Source: an uncultured delta proteobacterium
GTDB taxonomy: Bacteria > Desulfobacterota > Desulfomonilia > UBA1062
DNA length: 64,000 nucleotides
Reading direction: 5' to 3'
NCBI GenBank assembly: GCA_963785235.1
Contig: CAWAUM010000001.1
Location: 96,001-160,000 of the forward strand
This document shows positions 39,605-49,286 of the stretch, in pieces (position 1 is the stretch's first letter; every line of letters begins with the position of its first letter). A model generated the notes under the pieces. It saw only the letters and a list, made by a program, of their open reading frames with translations, ran no database searches and had not been told where the DNA came from. The position numbers and the translations under genes were made by a program.

Positions 39605-39612
39605 AAGTTCTC

Positions 39613-40797
39613 CTACTTATCCAGAACAGCTACACCGGGAAGCACCCTGCCGCCGAGCATCTCGAGGAAGGCGCCGCCTGCCGTGGACACGAAGCTTACC
39701 TTGTCCGTGAGCCCACTCTTGTGGAGTGCAGCATCTGTATCACCACCGCCCACAATGGTCAAGCCCTTGGATAAGGCCATGTCCTTGGCGATAGCCAGCG
39801 TCCCTGCCGCAAATGCATTTATTTCGAACACACCCATGGGACCGTTCCAGACAATTGTTCCGCACCCGAAGAGGGCCTCGGAGAAAAGGGCTATACTTGC
39901 AGGCCCGAGGTCAAGCCCCATGAGGTTCTCCGGCATTTCCTGGATGGTCGCACATGATGTAGCCTGGCCTTCCTTGGGTTCGGCAGCGCAAAGTGCGTCC
40001 ACCGGCAGGTAGAGTTTTACACCCCTGGCCTTGGCCTTTTCCAGAATGGACCGGGCTGTATCCAGGAGATCCTCTTCCACTATTGACTTGCCGATCCCCT
40101 GGCCCAGTGCCTTCACAAAGGTGAAGGCCATGCCGCCGCCGATAAGGATTTTATCCGCCTTGCCCAGGAGGTTTTCCACCAGTTCGAGCTTATCCGAGAC
40201 CTTGGAGCCGCCCAACACGGCTGCAAATGGCCGCTGTGGAGACAAAAGGGCCTTGTTGATATATTCCACCTCTTTTAAAAGAAGGAAGCCGGCAGCCGTG
40301 TCTTTGATATATGCGCACACGCCCACGTTGGATGCATGCGCACGGTGCGCAGTAGCAAAGGCGTCATTTACAAAACAATCACCTAACGAGGCCAGTTCCT
40401 TGGCGAAATCGGGGTTGTTCTTTTCCTCTTCCAGATGGAAGCGCAGGTTTTCCAACAGGAGGACCTCGCCGGGCTTCAGGGAGTTCACCATGGACTTTAC
40501 CGTGTCACCGATACAGTCAGGCGCCATGTTCACGCTGGTACCGAGCAGTTCGGAGAGCCTCCTGGCCACAGGGATGAGGCTTTTTTTCTTGTCCACCTTG
40601 CCCTTGGGCCTGCCCAGGTGTGACATGAGTATGACCTTCGCCCCCTGGCTGATGGCATACTGAATTGTGGAAAGGGCCCCTTTGATGCGGGCATCATCGG
40701 TGATGTTGATGTTTTCGTCGAGCGGCACATTAAAGTCAACCCTGATCAACACCCGTTTCTGCTTCAGGTCCAGGTCTTTAATGGACTTTATACCCAT
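39613..40797 (-). CDS. pgk: Phosphoglycerate kinase
   Basis: RVDFNVP, SHLGRP, LLENLRF, GGSKVSDK, WNGPMG, GGGDT. Confidence 0.98.
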   Translation of the reverse strand: MGIKSIKDLDLKQKRVLIRVDFNVPLDENINITDDARIKGALSTIQYAISQGAKVILMSHLGRPKGKVDKKKSLIPVARRLSELLGTSVNMAPDCIGDTVKSMVNSLKPGEVLLLENLRFHLEEEKNNPDFAKELASLGDCFVNDAFATAHRAHASNVGVCAYIKDTAAGFLLLKEVEYINKALLSPQRPFAAVLGGSKVSDKLELVENLLGKADKILIGGGMAFTFVKALGQGIGKSIVEEDLLDTARSILEKAKARGVKLYLPVDALCAAEPKEGQATSCATIQEMPENLMGLDLGPASIALFSEALFGCGTIVWNGPMGVFEINAFAAGTLAIAKDMALSKGLTIVGGGDTDAALHKSGLTDKVSFVSTAGGAFLEMLGGRVLPGVAVLDK

Positions 40798-40964
40798 TTT
40801 ATTTCCTCCTTATAGTATATGGCCTGCGCCATGGCGGCGCTTGATTGCATGAAAAAGAAATGATCCTTTATGGGAAAAATAACAGTATGTCAAGAATGAC
40901 CCCTTTACAAACCATTAAACATCCCAGTACATACCACAAGAGGGCAATTTTGTCATGAACGAAC

Positions 40965-41669
40965 ATGAACAATTCCAGCCAGGTACCCATGATGAGTGCA
41001 ATGAACGGGAATGACACTGAAATTTTAAGCGCCATCAGCGGCCGCTTCAGGAGGCTCATCACAGGGCTTCTGAAGGGTAATATCAAACGGGCCCGGGCAC
41101 TTGCGGCACAGGTCCGCCGCGAAATACCTGCAGACGGCGAGCACGTCTCCTTTCAGAACCTCATTGAAGACCTGGCCCAGGGCCAGGCCGTGCGTAACGC
41201 GTTCATCAACCTCCCCTCTGCCTTTCCGGGTATCGGCACTATTATTTCATGGGCACTCATAAGCCTGGAGGATTTCTTTGTCCTGGACCAGAGCGTTACC
41301 CTTATTATGGCCCTTTACATACTTCATGGGCTGGATCCGGAAGATCATGAAGGCATGGAAGAATTTGCCATCAGCGTAATAGGCCGGGCATATGGGATTG
41401 AAACATCAGGCCCTGGGAATGACTCAAAGGCCTATGTTCAGAGATTCATTATAAAATTATTACCCGCACGATATGTAAACTTCGGGCTGGCAAGGTGGGT
41501 CAAGGTTTTCATGAAAAGGCTGCTTCCCTTCAGGAGAAAATCGCGGCTCATGCCCATCGGGTTTGGTATCGTAATGTCTGCATGGGACGCCTATGATACC
41601 ATTGTAAAGGTTGGCCGATTCACGTTGCGCGAACTCCCGGGCAAGAGGCATCAGGGGGAAGTTGGATAG
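40965..41669 (+). CDS. Hypothetical protein, EcsC-like
   Basis: 234 aa ORF with LPSAFPGIG...D...Q...I...YG-like pattern and a C-terminal PIGFG motif; family call tentative. Confidence 0.6.
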   Translation: MNNSSQVPMMSAMNGNDTEILSAISGRFRRLITGLLKGNIKRARALAAQVRREIPADGEHVSFQNLIEDLAQGQAVRNAFINLPSAFPGIGTIISWALISLEDFFVLDQSVTLIMALYILHGLDPEDHEGMEEFAISVIGRAYGIETSGPGNDSKAYVQRFIIKLLPARYVNFGLARWVKVFMKRLLPFRRKSRLMPIGFGIVMSAWDAYDTIVKVGRFTLRELPGKRHQGEVG

Positions 41670-41688
41670 CCTCCTTAAGGGGAAACGT

Positions 41689-42117
41689 TTACAGACGGTA
41701 AATATCCTTGTCCCAGAGCTTGACCCAGTTTCTCTTGAGCACCTCGGTGGCAACCTTGATGTTGTCAACCTCCATGATCATGATGGGGTTGCTTGCCCTG
41801 CCGATATAGGGGTACATGGCAATGGCATTTATCTTGGCATCGCGCAGCGGTTTGAGTACGGCGTTCATGCCGCCCGGATGATCCGGCATCTCCACAGCCA
41901 TTACATCTGACTCCTCGAATTCGACAGCCTCTGATAGGAAGGCGTTTTTTGCCTTTTTCGGGTCATCCACCACGATACAGATGGATGATACCTCTTTGGA
42001 TTCCAGTCCCACCGAGATGGCCCGGATATTCACGCCGTGTTTGGCCAGGACGTCAGAGAGGTATGAGAGCTTTCCGGATACGTTTGCAGACTGGAGCCGA
42101 AATTGTTTGACAGGCAT
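41689..42117 (-). CDS. ACT domain protein (tandem ACT)
   Basis: GKLSYLSDVLAKHGVNIRAI and MPDHPGGM...INA; last gene of the oxidoreductase operon. Confidence 0.85.
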   Translation of the reverse strand: MPVKQFRLQSANVSGKLSYLSDVLAKHGVNIRAISVGLESKEVSSICIVVDDPKKAKNAFLSEAVEFEESDVMAVEMPDHPGGMNAVLKPLRDAKINAIAMYPYIGRASNPIMIMEVDNIKVATEVLKRNWVKLWDKDIYRL

Positions 42118-42120
42118 GAT

Positions 42121-42667
42121 CTACTTCTCCTTCAAAAAATATTCATACCCGACCTTCAGGGCCTCGATATTCTTGTCCTTGAACTTGATCTTCGATTTGC
42201 CAAGTATGATGTCCATTTTGTCTATCATGGTGGAGAACTTTACCTGGTGGGTCCTGTTCACAAAGGCGCCCAGCATGATCATATTGCCATACTGCTCACC
42301 CACGGTCGACCGTCGCAAGATCGTTGACCGGGATCTCTACAAGCTCGATATCTCCCCTGCCCGGCCTGTCTGTGACGATGCTGGAGTTGATAATGATTTC
42401 CCCGCCCGATGCGCACTGATTCTGGAGCCTGATCAGCGACTCGTTGTCCATAACGACCAGATAATCGGGAGATGACGCCACAGGCGACGCGATCTCTTCA
42501 TCCGAGATGGCAACGGTGCACGAGGCAATGCCGCCGCGCATCTCAGCGCCATAAGACGGGAGGTAGGTTACATGATGATCTTCAAGCATGGCCGTCCAGG
42601 CGAGGCACAGGCCGGAAAACAAGATTCCCTGTCCGCCTATGCCGCTCATGATGGTCTTCTTGAGCAT
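42121..42667 (-). CDS. 2-oxoacid:ferredoxin oxidoreductase gamma subunit (frameshift near 42310)
   Basis: GIGGQG, PSYGAEMRGG; C-terminal NMIMLGA...NIEALKVGY in ORF 42121-42318. Confidence 0.9.
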
Positions 42668-42668
42668 A

Positions 42669-43421
42669 TCAGCTATCCTTCTTCTTGGTAATGTCCTTGA
42701 AAACGCCCAGGGGGTATTGTTTTTCCATGATCTCTTCCAGATAGATGAAGGCTTCCTTGGGCGACACCTTCCAATTTGTCGGGCAGGGGGACAACACCTC
42801 TACCAGGGTATATCCCAAGCCCTCAATCTGTATCTCAAAGGCCCGTTTCAATGCCTTTTTCGTGGCCATGACCTTGGCCGGCGTGGCCACCGATGTCCGT
42901 ACCACATATGCAGCACCTTCAAGCTGTGCAATGAGGTCTGTAATCTTCAAGGGGTATCCCTCCACCTTTGACCGCCTGCCATAAGGTGATGTACTGGTCT
43001 TCTGGCCGATCATGGTGGTAGGGGCCATCTGGCCGCCGGTCATGCCGTAGACTGCGTTGTTCACGAATATGCTGGTGATCACCTCGCCCCGGTTGGCTGC
43101 ATGGATTGTCTCTGCAGTGCCGATGGCGGCCATGTCGCCGTCGCCCTGGTAGGTGAAGACGATACGGTCGGGCAGGGCCCTCTTGAACCCTGTTGCAATG
43201 GCGCAGCCCCTGCCGTGGGCCGACTCGCAGGTGTCGATGTCGAAATAGTTGTATGCCAGCACCGCGCATCCTGCGGGCGGGACGCATATGATCCTGCCGC
43301 TCATGTCCATCTCGTCGATGAGTTCCGCCACGAGCCTGTGGATTATGGAATGCCCACACCCCGGGCAGTAGTGGAAGGGGGTGGGTTTCAGGCATTTGGG
43401 TCTGGTGAAAACCTTTTTCAT
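42669..43421 (-). CDS. 2-oxoacid:ferredoxin oxidoreductase beta (TPP-binding) subunit, VOR type
   Basis: YCPGCGH, YQGDGD, NNAVYGMTGGQ, SPCPTNW. Confidence 0.93.
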   Translation of the reverse strand: MKKVFTRPKCLKPTPFHYCPGCGHSIIHRLVAELIDEMDMSGRIICVPPAGCAVLAYNYFDIDTCESAHGRGCAIATGFKRALPDRIVFTYQGDGDMAAIGTAETIHAANRGEVITSIFVNNAVYGMTGGQMAPTTMIGQKTSTSPYGRRSKVEGYPLKITDLIAQLEGAAYVVRTSVATPAKVMATKKALKRAFEIQIEGLGYTLVEVLSPCPTNWKVSPKEAFIYLEEIMEKQYPLGVFKDITKKKDS

Positions 43422-44491
43422 TACAGCTCCCTCTGCAGCCAGTGCCTCTCTATGATCCGGGAGATCTCCTGGGGTGCCGCTACGACGCCGCCGGGCCTGC
43501 CGTAAAATTCGCAGTCCACCTTGCCCTGGGTGGCAAGGCGCACATCGTCGATCATCTGGCCGGTGCTCATTTCAAAGACTAAGAAAAGCTTGGCCTGCTT
43601 GGCGAGGTTGGCAAGGGCCTCATCCGGGAAGGGCCACAGCGTGATGGGCCTGATGAGCCCTACCTTCAGACCATTGTCCCTGACGCGCTTTACAGCCCCC
43701 TTGGCGATCCTGGCAGCCGTGCCATAGGCAACGACGATGAGCTTGGCGTCTTCTGTCATGTACTCCTCGTGCAGGGGGAGGTCCTTTCTCATGAGGTCGT
43801 ACTTGCGCTTGAGCTTCCAGTTGTGCTCTTCCATGGCCCTTGGGTCCAGGATCAGTGATTTAACGATGCGTGAGGGTCTTCCAGAGGCGCCGTCAAGGAT
43901 GTAATCCTTGGGAGGAAGCTCTATTTCTTTCCTTTTGTGCATGACAATGGGCTCCATGATCTGGCCCATCATGCCGTCGCCTAGGATCATGACCGGGGAA
44001 CGGTACATGTCTGCGATGTCAAAGGACTTCATGGTGAGGTCATAGAGCTCCTGGACCGTTCCGGGTGCATAGACCGGCATGCGGTAGTCGCCGTGTCCGC
44101 CTCCCCGTGTGGCCTGGTAGTAGTCACCCTGGCTGGGGGCTATGTTGCCAAGACCCGGGCCGCCGCGGTTGATATTGACGATGACCGCAGGAAGTTCAAG
44201 GGCGGCAAGGAAGGAGAGCCCTTCCTGTTTGAGGCTGATGCCGGGCGATGACGAACTGGTCATTGCACGTGCTCCGCTTGCCGCTGCACCGAGCACCATG
44301 TTGATGGATGCGATCTCGCTTTCTCCCTGGAGAAATACACCGCCCACCTCTTCCATACGTCTGGACATATATTCGGGGATCTCGTTCTGCGGGGTTATGG
44401 GGTAGCCGAAGTAACACAAGCATCCTGCCTGGACAGCAGCCTCGGCAATGGCATCCGTGCCCTTCATCAGTACCTTTTCGGCGTTATCCAC
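43421..44491 (-). CDS. vorB: 2-oxoacid:ferredoxin oxidoreductase alpha subunit (VorB type)
   Basis: GYPITPQ, ESEIAS, TSSSSPGISL, RGGPGLGNI, GGGHGDY. Confidence 0.9.
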   Translation of the reverse strand: MDNAEKVLMKGTDAIAEAAVQAGCLCYFGYPITPQNEIPEYMSRRMEEVGGVFLQGESEIASINMVLGAAASGARAMTSSSSPGISLKQEGLSFLAALELPAVIVNINRGGPGLGNIAPSQGDYYQATRGGGHGDYRMPVYAPGTVQELYDLTMKSFDIADMYRSPVMILGDGMMGQIMEPIVMHKRKEIELPPKDYILDGASGRPSRIVKSLILDPRAMEEHNWKLKRKYDLMRKDLPLHEEYMTEDAKLIVVAYGTAARIAKGAVKRVRDNGLKVGLIRPITLWPFPDEALANLAKQAKLFLVFEMSTGQMIDDVRLATQGKVDCEFYGRPGGVVAAPQEISRIIERHWLQREL

Positions 44492-44696
44492 GGTATACCT
44501 CGATAGCGACTTCCGGGCACATTACTGCGCACAGAGAACATCCCTTGCAGGTTTCAACGATGAACTCTGCAGGATGGTAGCCTCTGTGATTGAAGATTTC
44601 AGCTATGCGGATTGCCTTTTCAGGACATACGGTGATGCACAGCTCACAACTCTTACAGAGTCCCTGGTCGATGGTAATTTTTCCCTTTGCTGCCAT
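44484..44696 (-). CDS. 2[4Fe-4S] ferredoxin delta subunit
   Basis: CKSCELCITVCP and CKGCSLCAVMCP. Confidence 0.93.
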   Translation of the reverse strand: MAAKGKITIDQGLCKSCELCITVCPEKAIRIAEIFNHRGYHPAEFIVETCKGCSLCAVMCPEVAIEVYRG

Positions 44697-44794
44697 AGCC
44701 TTTCAATTACTCTTCTTTTCGGGATTCGCGATTATTAGCATCAAAAAGCTGCGGTGTACAGTAAAGATTTTCTTGCCTTAGGCGCTCATGTTCT

Positions 44795-44827
44795 CCCCCT
44801 TGAAATTTTACAAAGTGACCCTATAAA
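44795..44827 (+). promoter_or_regulatory. Putative RpoH (sigma32) promoter
   Basis: CCCCCTTGAAA-N13-CCCTATAAA upstream of three Hsp20 genes; consensus CTTGAAA-N13-14-CCCCATNT. Confidence 0.7.
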
Positions 44828-44872
44828 TAATTCTGAAAAATCATAACCTACTGATTTTGGGAGGTGAAAAAC

Positions 44873-45313
44873 ATGATAACCATAGCAAGACCAGATTGGA
44901 GATGGGACCCGTGGCGTGAAATTGATCGAGTGCAGCGGGATGCGAGCAGCATCTTTACCCTTCCGAGGCGCCGGCCTGAAGCCGCGTATCCGCCCATGAA
45001 CATTCATACGGGTGAAGAAGACGTCATCATCACTGCCGAGATCCCGGGAATCGATCCGGCCGACATCGATCTTACCGTAACCGGCGACACGCTTACCATC
45101 AGGGGGACAAGGAAGGCACAGGAATCAAAGCAGGGTGAAACCTGGCACCGCAGGGAGCGTGGAGCAGGGAACTTTTACCGGACCGTACAGCTTCCTTACA
45201 ATGTAGACGGCAATAAGGTCCAGGCTGACTATGTAAATGGCGTGCTCAAGATAGAGCTCCCCCGGGCTGAGGCTGATAAGCCCAGGAAGATCAGTGTAAC
45301 GACTGGAAAGTAA
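44873..45313 (+). CDS. Hsp20/alpha-crystallin small heat shock protein
   Basis: GGAGG RBS; AEIPGI, RRER..G.F.R..QLP, A.Y.NGVL.I.LP. Confidence 0.94.
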   Translation: MITIARPDWRWDPWREIDRVQRDASSIFTLPRRRPEAAYPPMNIHTGEEDVIITAEIPGIDPADIDLTVTGDTLTIRGTRKAQESKQGETWHRRERGAGNFYRTVQLPYNVDGNKVQADYVNGVLKIELPRAEADKPRKISVTTGK

Positions 45314-45331
45314 ATAAGGAGGTGATCATTT

Positions 45332-45742
45332 ATGGCAGATACGAGTAAGGCGCTTAATCCCGAAAAGGCGCAGGTGCAAGAAACGCCTGTAGCCGAGAGG
45401 ACCAAGGACCGCAGCACATACATACCGGAGGTGGACATCCTTGAGGATGCCAATAACCTTTATATTTATGCAGACATGCCCGGTGCCGACGATAAGGGGG
45501 TGAATATCACCCTGGAGAACGACGTACTGACTATCGAAGCCCAGGTAGGCGATTTGAAGTTTGACAAACACAATGTCACCTACTCTGAATATGGTATCGG
45601 CGACTACTACAGGGCCTTCACCCTGAACGAGGCCTTTGAGAGGGACAAGATTGAGGCAAAGATGAAAAACGGTGTGCTCAGCATCGTGCTGCCCAAGGCA
45701 GAGGCGGTCAAGACCAGAAATATTCCTATCAAGGTAGGATAA
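45332..45742 (+). CDS. Hsp20/alpha-crystallin small heat shock protein
   Basis: PEVDILE, ADMPG, YYRAFTL, AKMKNGVLSIVLPK. Confidence 0.94.
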   Translation: MADTSKALNPEKAQVQETPVAERTKDRSTYIPEVDILEDANNLYIYADMPGADDKGVNITLENDVLTIEAQVGDLKFDKHNVTYSEYGIGDYYRAFTLNEAFERDKIEAKMKNGVLSIVLPKAEAVKTRNIPIKVG

Positions 45743-45768
45743 AATTAAGGAGAAGGAGGTGAAAAACC

Positions 45769-46272
45769 ATGAGATATCTGACTCCGTTTCGGTGGGGACA
45801 AAAGGGTGTTCCTGTCAACAGGGAACCGGAAGGCAATCCGCTGAATGTTTTCCAGAGGGAGATGAACAGGCTTTTTGACGACTTTTTCAAGGGCACCGGC
45901 ATAAAGCCGTGGGCCAAGAGATGGAATCTCTGGGGGCCTTTACCCCGCAGGTGAACATGACCGAGGATGAGAAATCCATCCAGGTCAGTGCCGAACTGCC
46001 CGGGCTTGACGAGAAGGATCTTGAGATCAGCCTGAGCAAGGACTCCCTGACCATCAAAGGGGAGAAGAAGGAGGAGAACGAGCTCAAGGATAAAGAGTCG
46101 TACTATCTTGAGCGCTCCTTCGGGACCTTTACCAGGGTCTTGCCCATCCCCAAGGATGTGAATACGGAAAAGGCACGAGGCCTCTTTCAAGAAGGGTGTG
46201 CTCACCATAACCCTTCCCAAGCTCGAGAGGGAAAAGCAGGCTCAGAAGAAGATCAGGATCAAGGCCGACTGA
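45769..46272 (+). CDS. Hsp20 small heat shock protein (frameshifts near 45915 and 46178)
   Basis: QREMNRLFDDFF / AELPGLDEKD...ERSFGTFTR / ASFKKGVLTITLPK spread over three frames. Confidence 0.88.
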
Positions 46273-46301
46273 AATAAAGCCTTATAGGACTTGCGGTGAT
46301 A

Positions 46302-46325
46302 GGGGAGGCCATGTACAGCCTCCCC
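46302..46325 (+). terminator. Stem-loop after the Hsp20 operon
   Basis: GGGGAGGC-catgtaca-GCCTCCCC followed by T-rich sequence. Confidence 0.6.
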
Positions 46326-46365
46326 CACTCCTTTAGATTTTCATTTATCAGCTGATTCAGGCCGT

Positions 46366-46502
46366 TGCACAACCTAAAATATTTTTGAGATGCAAACCAA
46401 AAATTGGCCTGTTCAAAACACTCATCTCGGTGAAGCCGAGATGAGTGTTTTGAACAGGTAAGGTTTTTTCCTCACTCAACAAAATGTTTGGAGGGTTCAG
46501 CA
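46366..46502 (+). repeat. Dispersed hairpin element, copy B
   Basis: Same flanks as copy A; perfect 23-bp stem 46408-46430 / 46436-46458, loop TGAAG. Confidence 0.92.
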
Positions 46503-46534
46503 CAGGCTGATATTAAGTTTGTGCAAGGGTCTTT

Positions 46535-48274
46535 TCAATTCTGTGCAACAGTAGGCACAAAGGTGCCCTGCGGGATCCTGTCCGGCTTGCTCCTGGCCTT
46601 TGCCAGGGCTTCCAATTCCAGCGCCTTGGCATTCTTTTCATAAAATATACTCGGCTCATAGGTCCATCCGTCAGCAAGCCTCTGTTGCTCTCTCTTGATG
46701 CTGGCATGTACATATATCCCTAACAACGGGGCAATGATCCTGGTTTTCCATCCGAATTCTTTGTAGATATCACGCAATAGTGAACCCATCATGTCATGCA
46801 TCCGGTGATCATCCCTGTACCATCTCTTCATGGCCCATACTGCTGCGGCATAGGTGGTCTTCAGATACTTTATCTCCCATGCCATGCGCTTGCGTATGCA
46901 TGGGTCAGGATTGTTCTTATACCTTTTCCAGCCGCCCAGCATGGTGCGTATCATCCTGGCAAGGCTGGGGCCGTTCTTTTCGAAGTCACGCAGGAATGCA
47001 CTGCGCAGGTAGCCGGTTTCCCTGCCGTCCCTGATATGCTCATGGCGGTAATTAAAACGGTACTGCCCGTGATTGTCGGCAGCCGGACGCTCGTCCTCAT
47101 TTAAAATGGTTCCATCCTTTTTGTGCTGTTCGTATAAAGGCGTGCCGGGAACAGGGGTATAGAGCATGAACTGGTGGAAGACCGTGTCGTGGCTTATGGC
47201 ATAGTCTATGGCCTGCTCAATAGTATCAGGGGTATGATTCTCCAGGCCGATAATGGTTGATCCCAGCACGCGGATGCCATGGGACTGCAGCTCCTGCACG
47301 AGTTCTTTTGTTTCGACCCCGCTGAGTTTTGCATAAGTGCTCTCTTCGCCTTCCAGTCCCATCCAGGCCCACGATATGCCCAGGCGCATCAATTGCTCCA
47401 TGGTGTATGATTTGAGCACCCTGGCGGAGGAAAAAACGAACAAGGCCCATGATTTGTTGTTTTCCTTCATCAGTTCCAGGAGCCTAAGTGTCCTGTTCCG
47501 GTGAAGAAGGAAGTTCTCATCCATCACGAAAAAGGCGCTGATTTTAAGTTTTGCCTCGATGTCGCACATGACTCTGAAGAGCTCATCCCCAGTTTCATAG
47601 AAATTAATGGACTTGCCCTTGCCCCCAAAGAGGGCGGAGGTGGAGCAGAAATTACACCCTATGGGACACCCTACTGAAGGTATGAGCATTGCCGCGGTGT
47701 TTACCGGCTTGTCGGGAGTGCTGATTCCCAGGATGCGGGTGCCGTAGCCGGAATAGACGTAGGGGTGCTTTATGGGGGCATTTTCATCGACGCCCAGGAA
47801 TTTTCTGAACCAGCGAACCCCTTCACCCTTGCAGACATGGTCAACATCAATAGTATTCTTGAGATCCGGCAGGTTGGCAATATGTCCGCCCACGACAATG
47901 GTTGCCTTGGGCAGGTATGTACGGATCAGTTCGCACATCTTTTTCACCTTGCCCACATTGGGTATGATGGCGCTGATACCGACAATGTCATACGAATTAT
48001 CCTTTAGTTCGTCTGTAAAGCGCTCCAGGCTCGGAAAGTCCAGGAGCGTGCACGGTGCATCGATGTTTTCCTTCAGGAGCATCAAACCGAATGAACGGTG
48101 AAACATGCGCAGAGAAAAAGGCCCCTGCTCTCGCGTGACCTGGTTATGATAGAGCTCCATTGGGTTGATCTTCCTGCTTCCATATTCATCGTCTTGTGCA
48201 TAAGGTCCAAAAACGCTTGCTAATAATATGTTGGCTCGCGATCCGAGCGGATGTACCGGGCTTGTTGTTTCCAT
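46535..48274 (-). CDS. B12-binding domain radical SAM protein
   Basis: DIVGISA...IVVGGH B12-binding domain; GCPIGCNFC; DENF, GLE, TPVPGTPLY. Confidence 0.92.
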   Translation of the reverse strand: METTSPVHPLGSRANILLASVFGPYAQDDEYGSRKINPMELYHNQVTREQGPFSLRMFHRSFGLMLLKENIDAPCTLLDFPSLERFTDELKDNSYDIVGISAIIPNVGKVKKMCELIRTYLPKATIVVGGHIANLPDLKNTIDVDHVCKGEGVRWFRKFLGVDENAPIKHPYVYSGYGTRILGISTPDKPVNTAAMLIPSVGCPIGCNFCSTSALFGGKGKSINFYETGDELFRVMCDIEAKLKISAFFVMDENFLLHRNRTLRLLELMKENNKSWALFVFSSARVLKSYTMEQLMRLGISWAWMGLEGEESTYAKLSGVETKELVQELQSHGIRVLGSTIIGLENHTPDTIEQAIDYAISHDTVFHQFMLYTPVPGTPLYEQHKKDGTILNEDERPAADNHGQYRFNYRHEHIRDGRETGYLRSAFLRDFEKNGPSLARMIRTMLGGWKRYKNNPDPCIRKRMAWEIKYLKTTYAAAVWAMKRWYRDDHRMHDMMGSLLRDIYKEFGWKTRIIAPLLGIYVHASIKREQQRLADGWTYEPSIFYEKNAKALELEALAKARSKPDRIPQGTFVPTVAQN

Positions 48275-48475
48275 TTTTGTTCTCCCTTTGGGCTCAATGT
48301 TAAGGGGTATATCGACTAGATCAAGGACATTAACAATCTAATTATTTGAATTCACATTTGAATTACATTACCTTTGCAAATGATTTACAGAAGGCGTCAT
48401 GCATGAAAATTACAACGGAGTCAAATGGGGTTAATGCAAAGCAAATTACAAGTTGGATAGTATTGACAGGCCCCA

Positions 48476-48578
48476 TTGTTGAGAGAGGAAAAAACCTTTC
48501 CTGTTCAAATCATGCATCTCGGCTTCACTTCGAGATGCATGATTTGAACAGGCCAATTTTTGGTTTGTATCTCAGAAA
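48476..48578 (-). repeat. Dispersed hairpin element, copy C (inverted)
   Basis: Reverse complement reads GAGATACAAACCAAAAATTGGCCTGTTCAAATC...; perfect 22-bp stem 48500-48521 / 48531-48552. Confidence 0.92.
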
Positions 48579-49286
48579 CTAGGTGATATTGAGGCATGAT
48601 CCCATCTTGATACTGTAGGCCCCACCCCTGGTGACGATGAGGTGGTCGTGCAGGCTGATGCCAACCTGCGAACAGATGTCCGTGAGCGCTCGGGTAAGGA
48701 GCATGTCCTGCTCGGAAGCGTGAAGGGTCCCCGACGGGTGGTTATGCACCAGGATCAGGGCAGTGGCATTGTGAGAGATGGCCTCCTTGAGGACCTCTCT
48801 CGGGTAGACATGTGCCGCATCCACAGTGCCCTCTGCCATGACCTTCGAATGCACAAGCCTGCCTGCTGCATTCAGGCAAAGCACCATGAATTGCTCTTTC
48901 GTGCCGCCCCCGATCTCGGCCCTCACATATTCAGCCACATCCTCAGGTCCGGTGATAACAGGTGAATCATCTCTTGAGGGTTCCATATAGCGACTCATGC
49001 AGGCCCTGAAAAGCCCGAAGAGTGTTGATGCATGCTCACCTATGCCATCGATCTCTTCCAGACTTTCATAAGGGGCGTCGAGCACGGCCTGGAAGGTCCC
49101 GAACCTTATAAGGAGGAACTTGGCAAGCGGCTTGGTGTCTCTGCGTGGTATTGCATAGCCGAGCAGCAGTTCCAAAAGCTCATGATCTGAGAATGCCTTT
49201 CTTCCCGACTTTCTCAGGCGTCCTTTCAGCCGGAGCCTGTGGCCTGCATTAAGGTCCTTCTGGCCCCCCATTCCTTTAGCTCTCAT
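48579..49286 (-). CDS. radC: RadC/JAB domain protein
   Basis: GHRLRL, ELLELLL..AIPRRDTKP.AK, HhH GIGE, VYPREV, HNHPSG, DHLIV; GGAGG RBS. Confidence 0.93.
   Translation of the reverse strand: MRAKGMGGQKDLNAGHRLRLKGRLRKSGRKAFSDHELLELLLGYAIPRRDTKPLAKFLLIRFGTFQAVLDAPYESLEEIDGIGEHASTLFGLFRACMSRYMEPSRDDSPVITGPEDVAEYVRAEIGGGTKEQFMVLCLNAAGRLVHSKVMAEGTVDAAHVYPREVLKEAISHNATALILVHNHPSGTLHASEQDMLLTRALTDICSQVGISLHDHLIVTRGGAYSIKMGSCLNIT

Noticed and set aside
44760-44872. CIRCE (HrcA) operator before the Hsp20 genes
   Set aside because: No TTAGCACTC-N9-GAGTGCTAA inverted repeat; an RpoH-type promoter fits better.
48579-49286. radC as a marker of a mobile element
   Set aside because: It is the full-length HhH plus JAB chromosomal type at the end of the lpxC-ntrYX gene run, with no integrase or conjugation genes.
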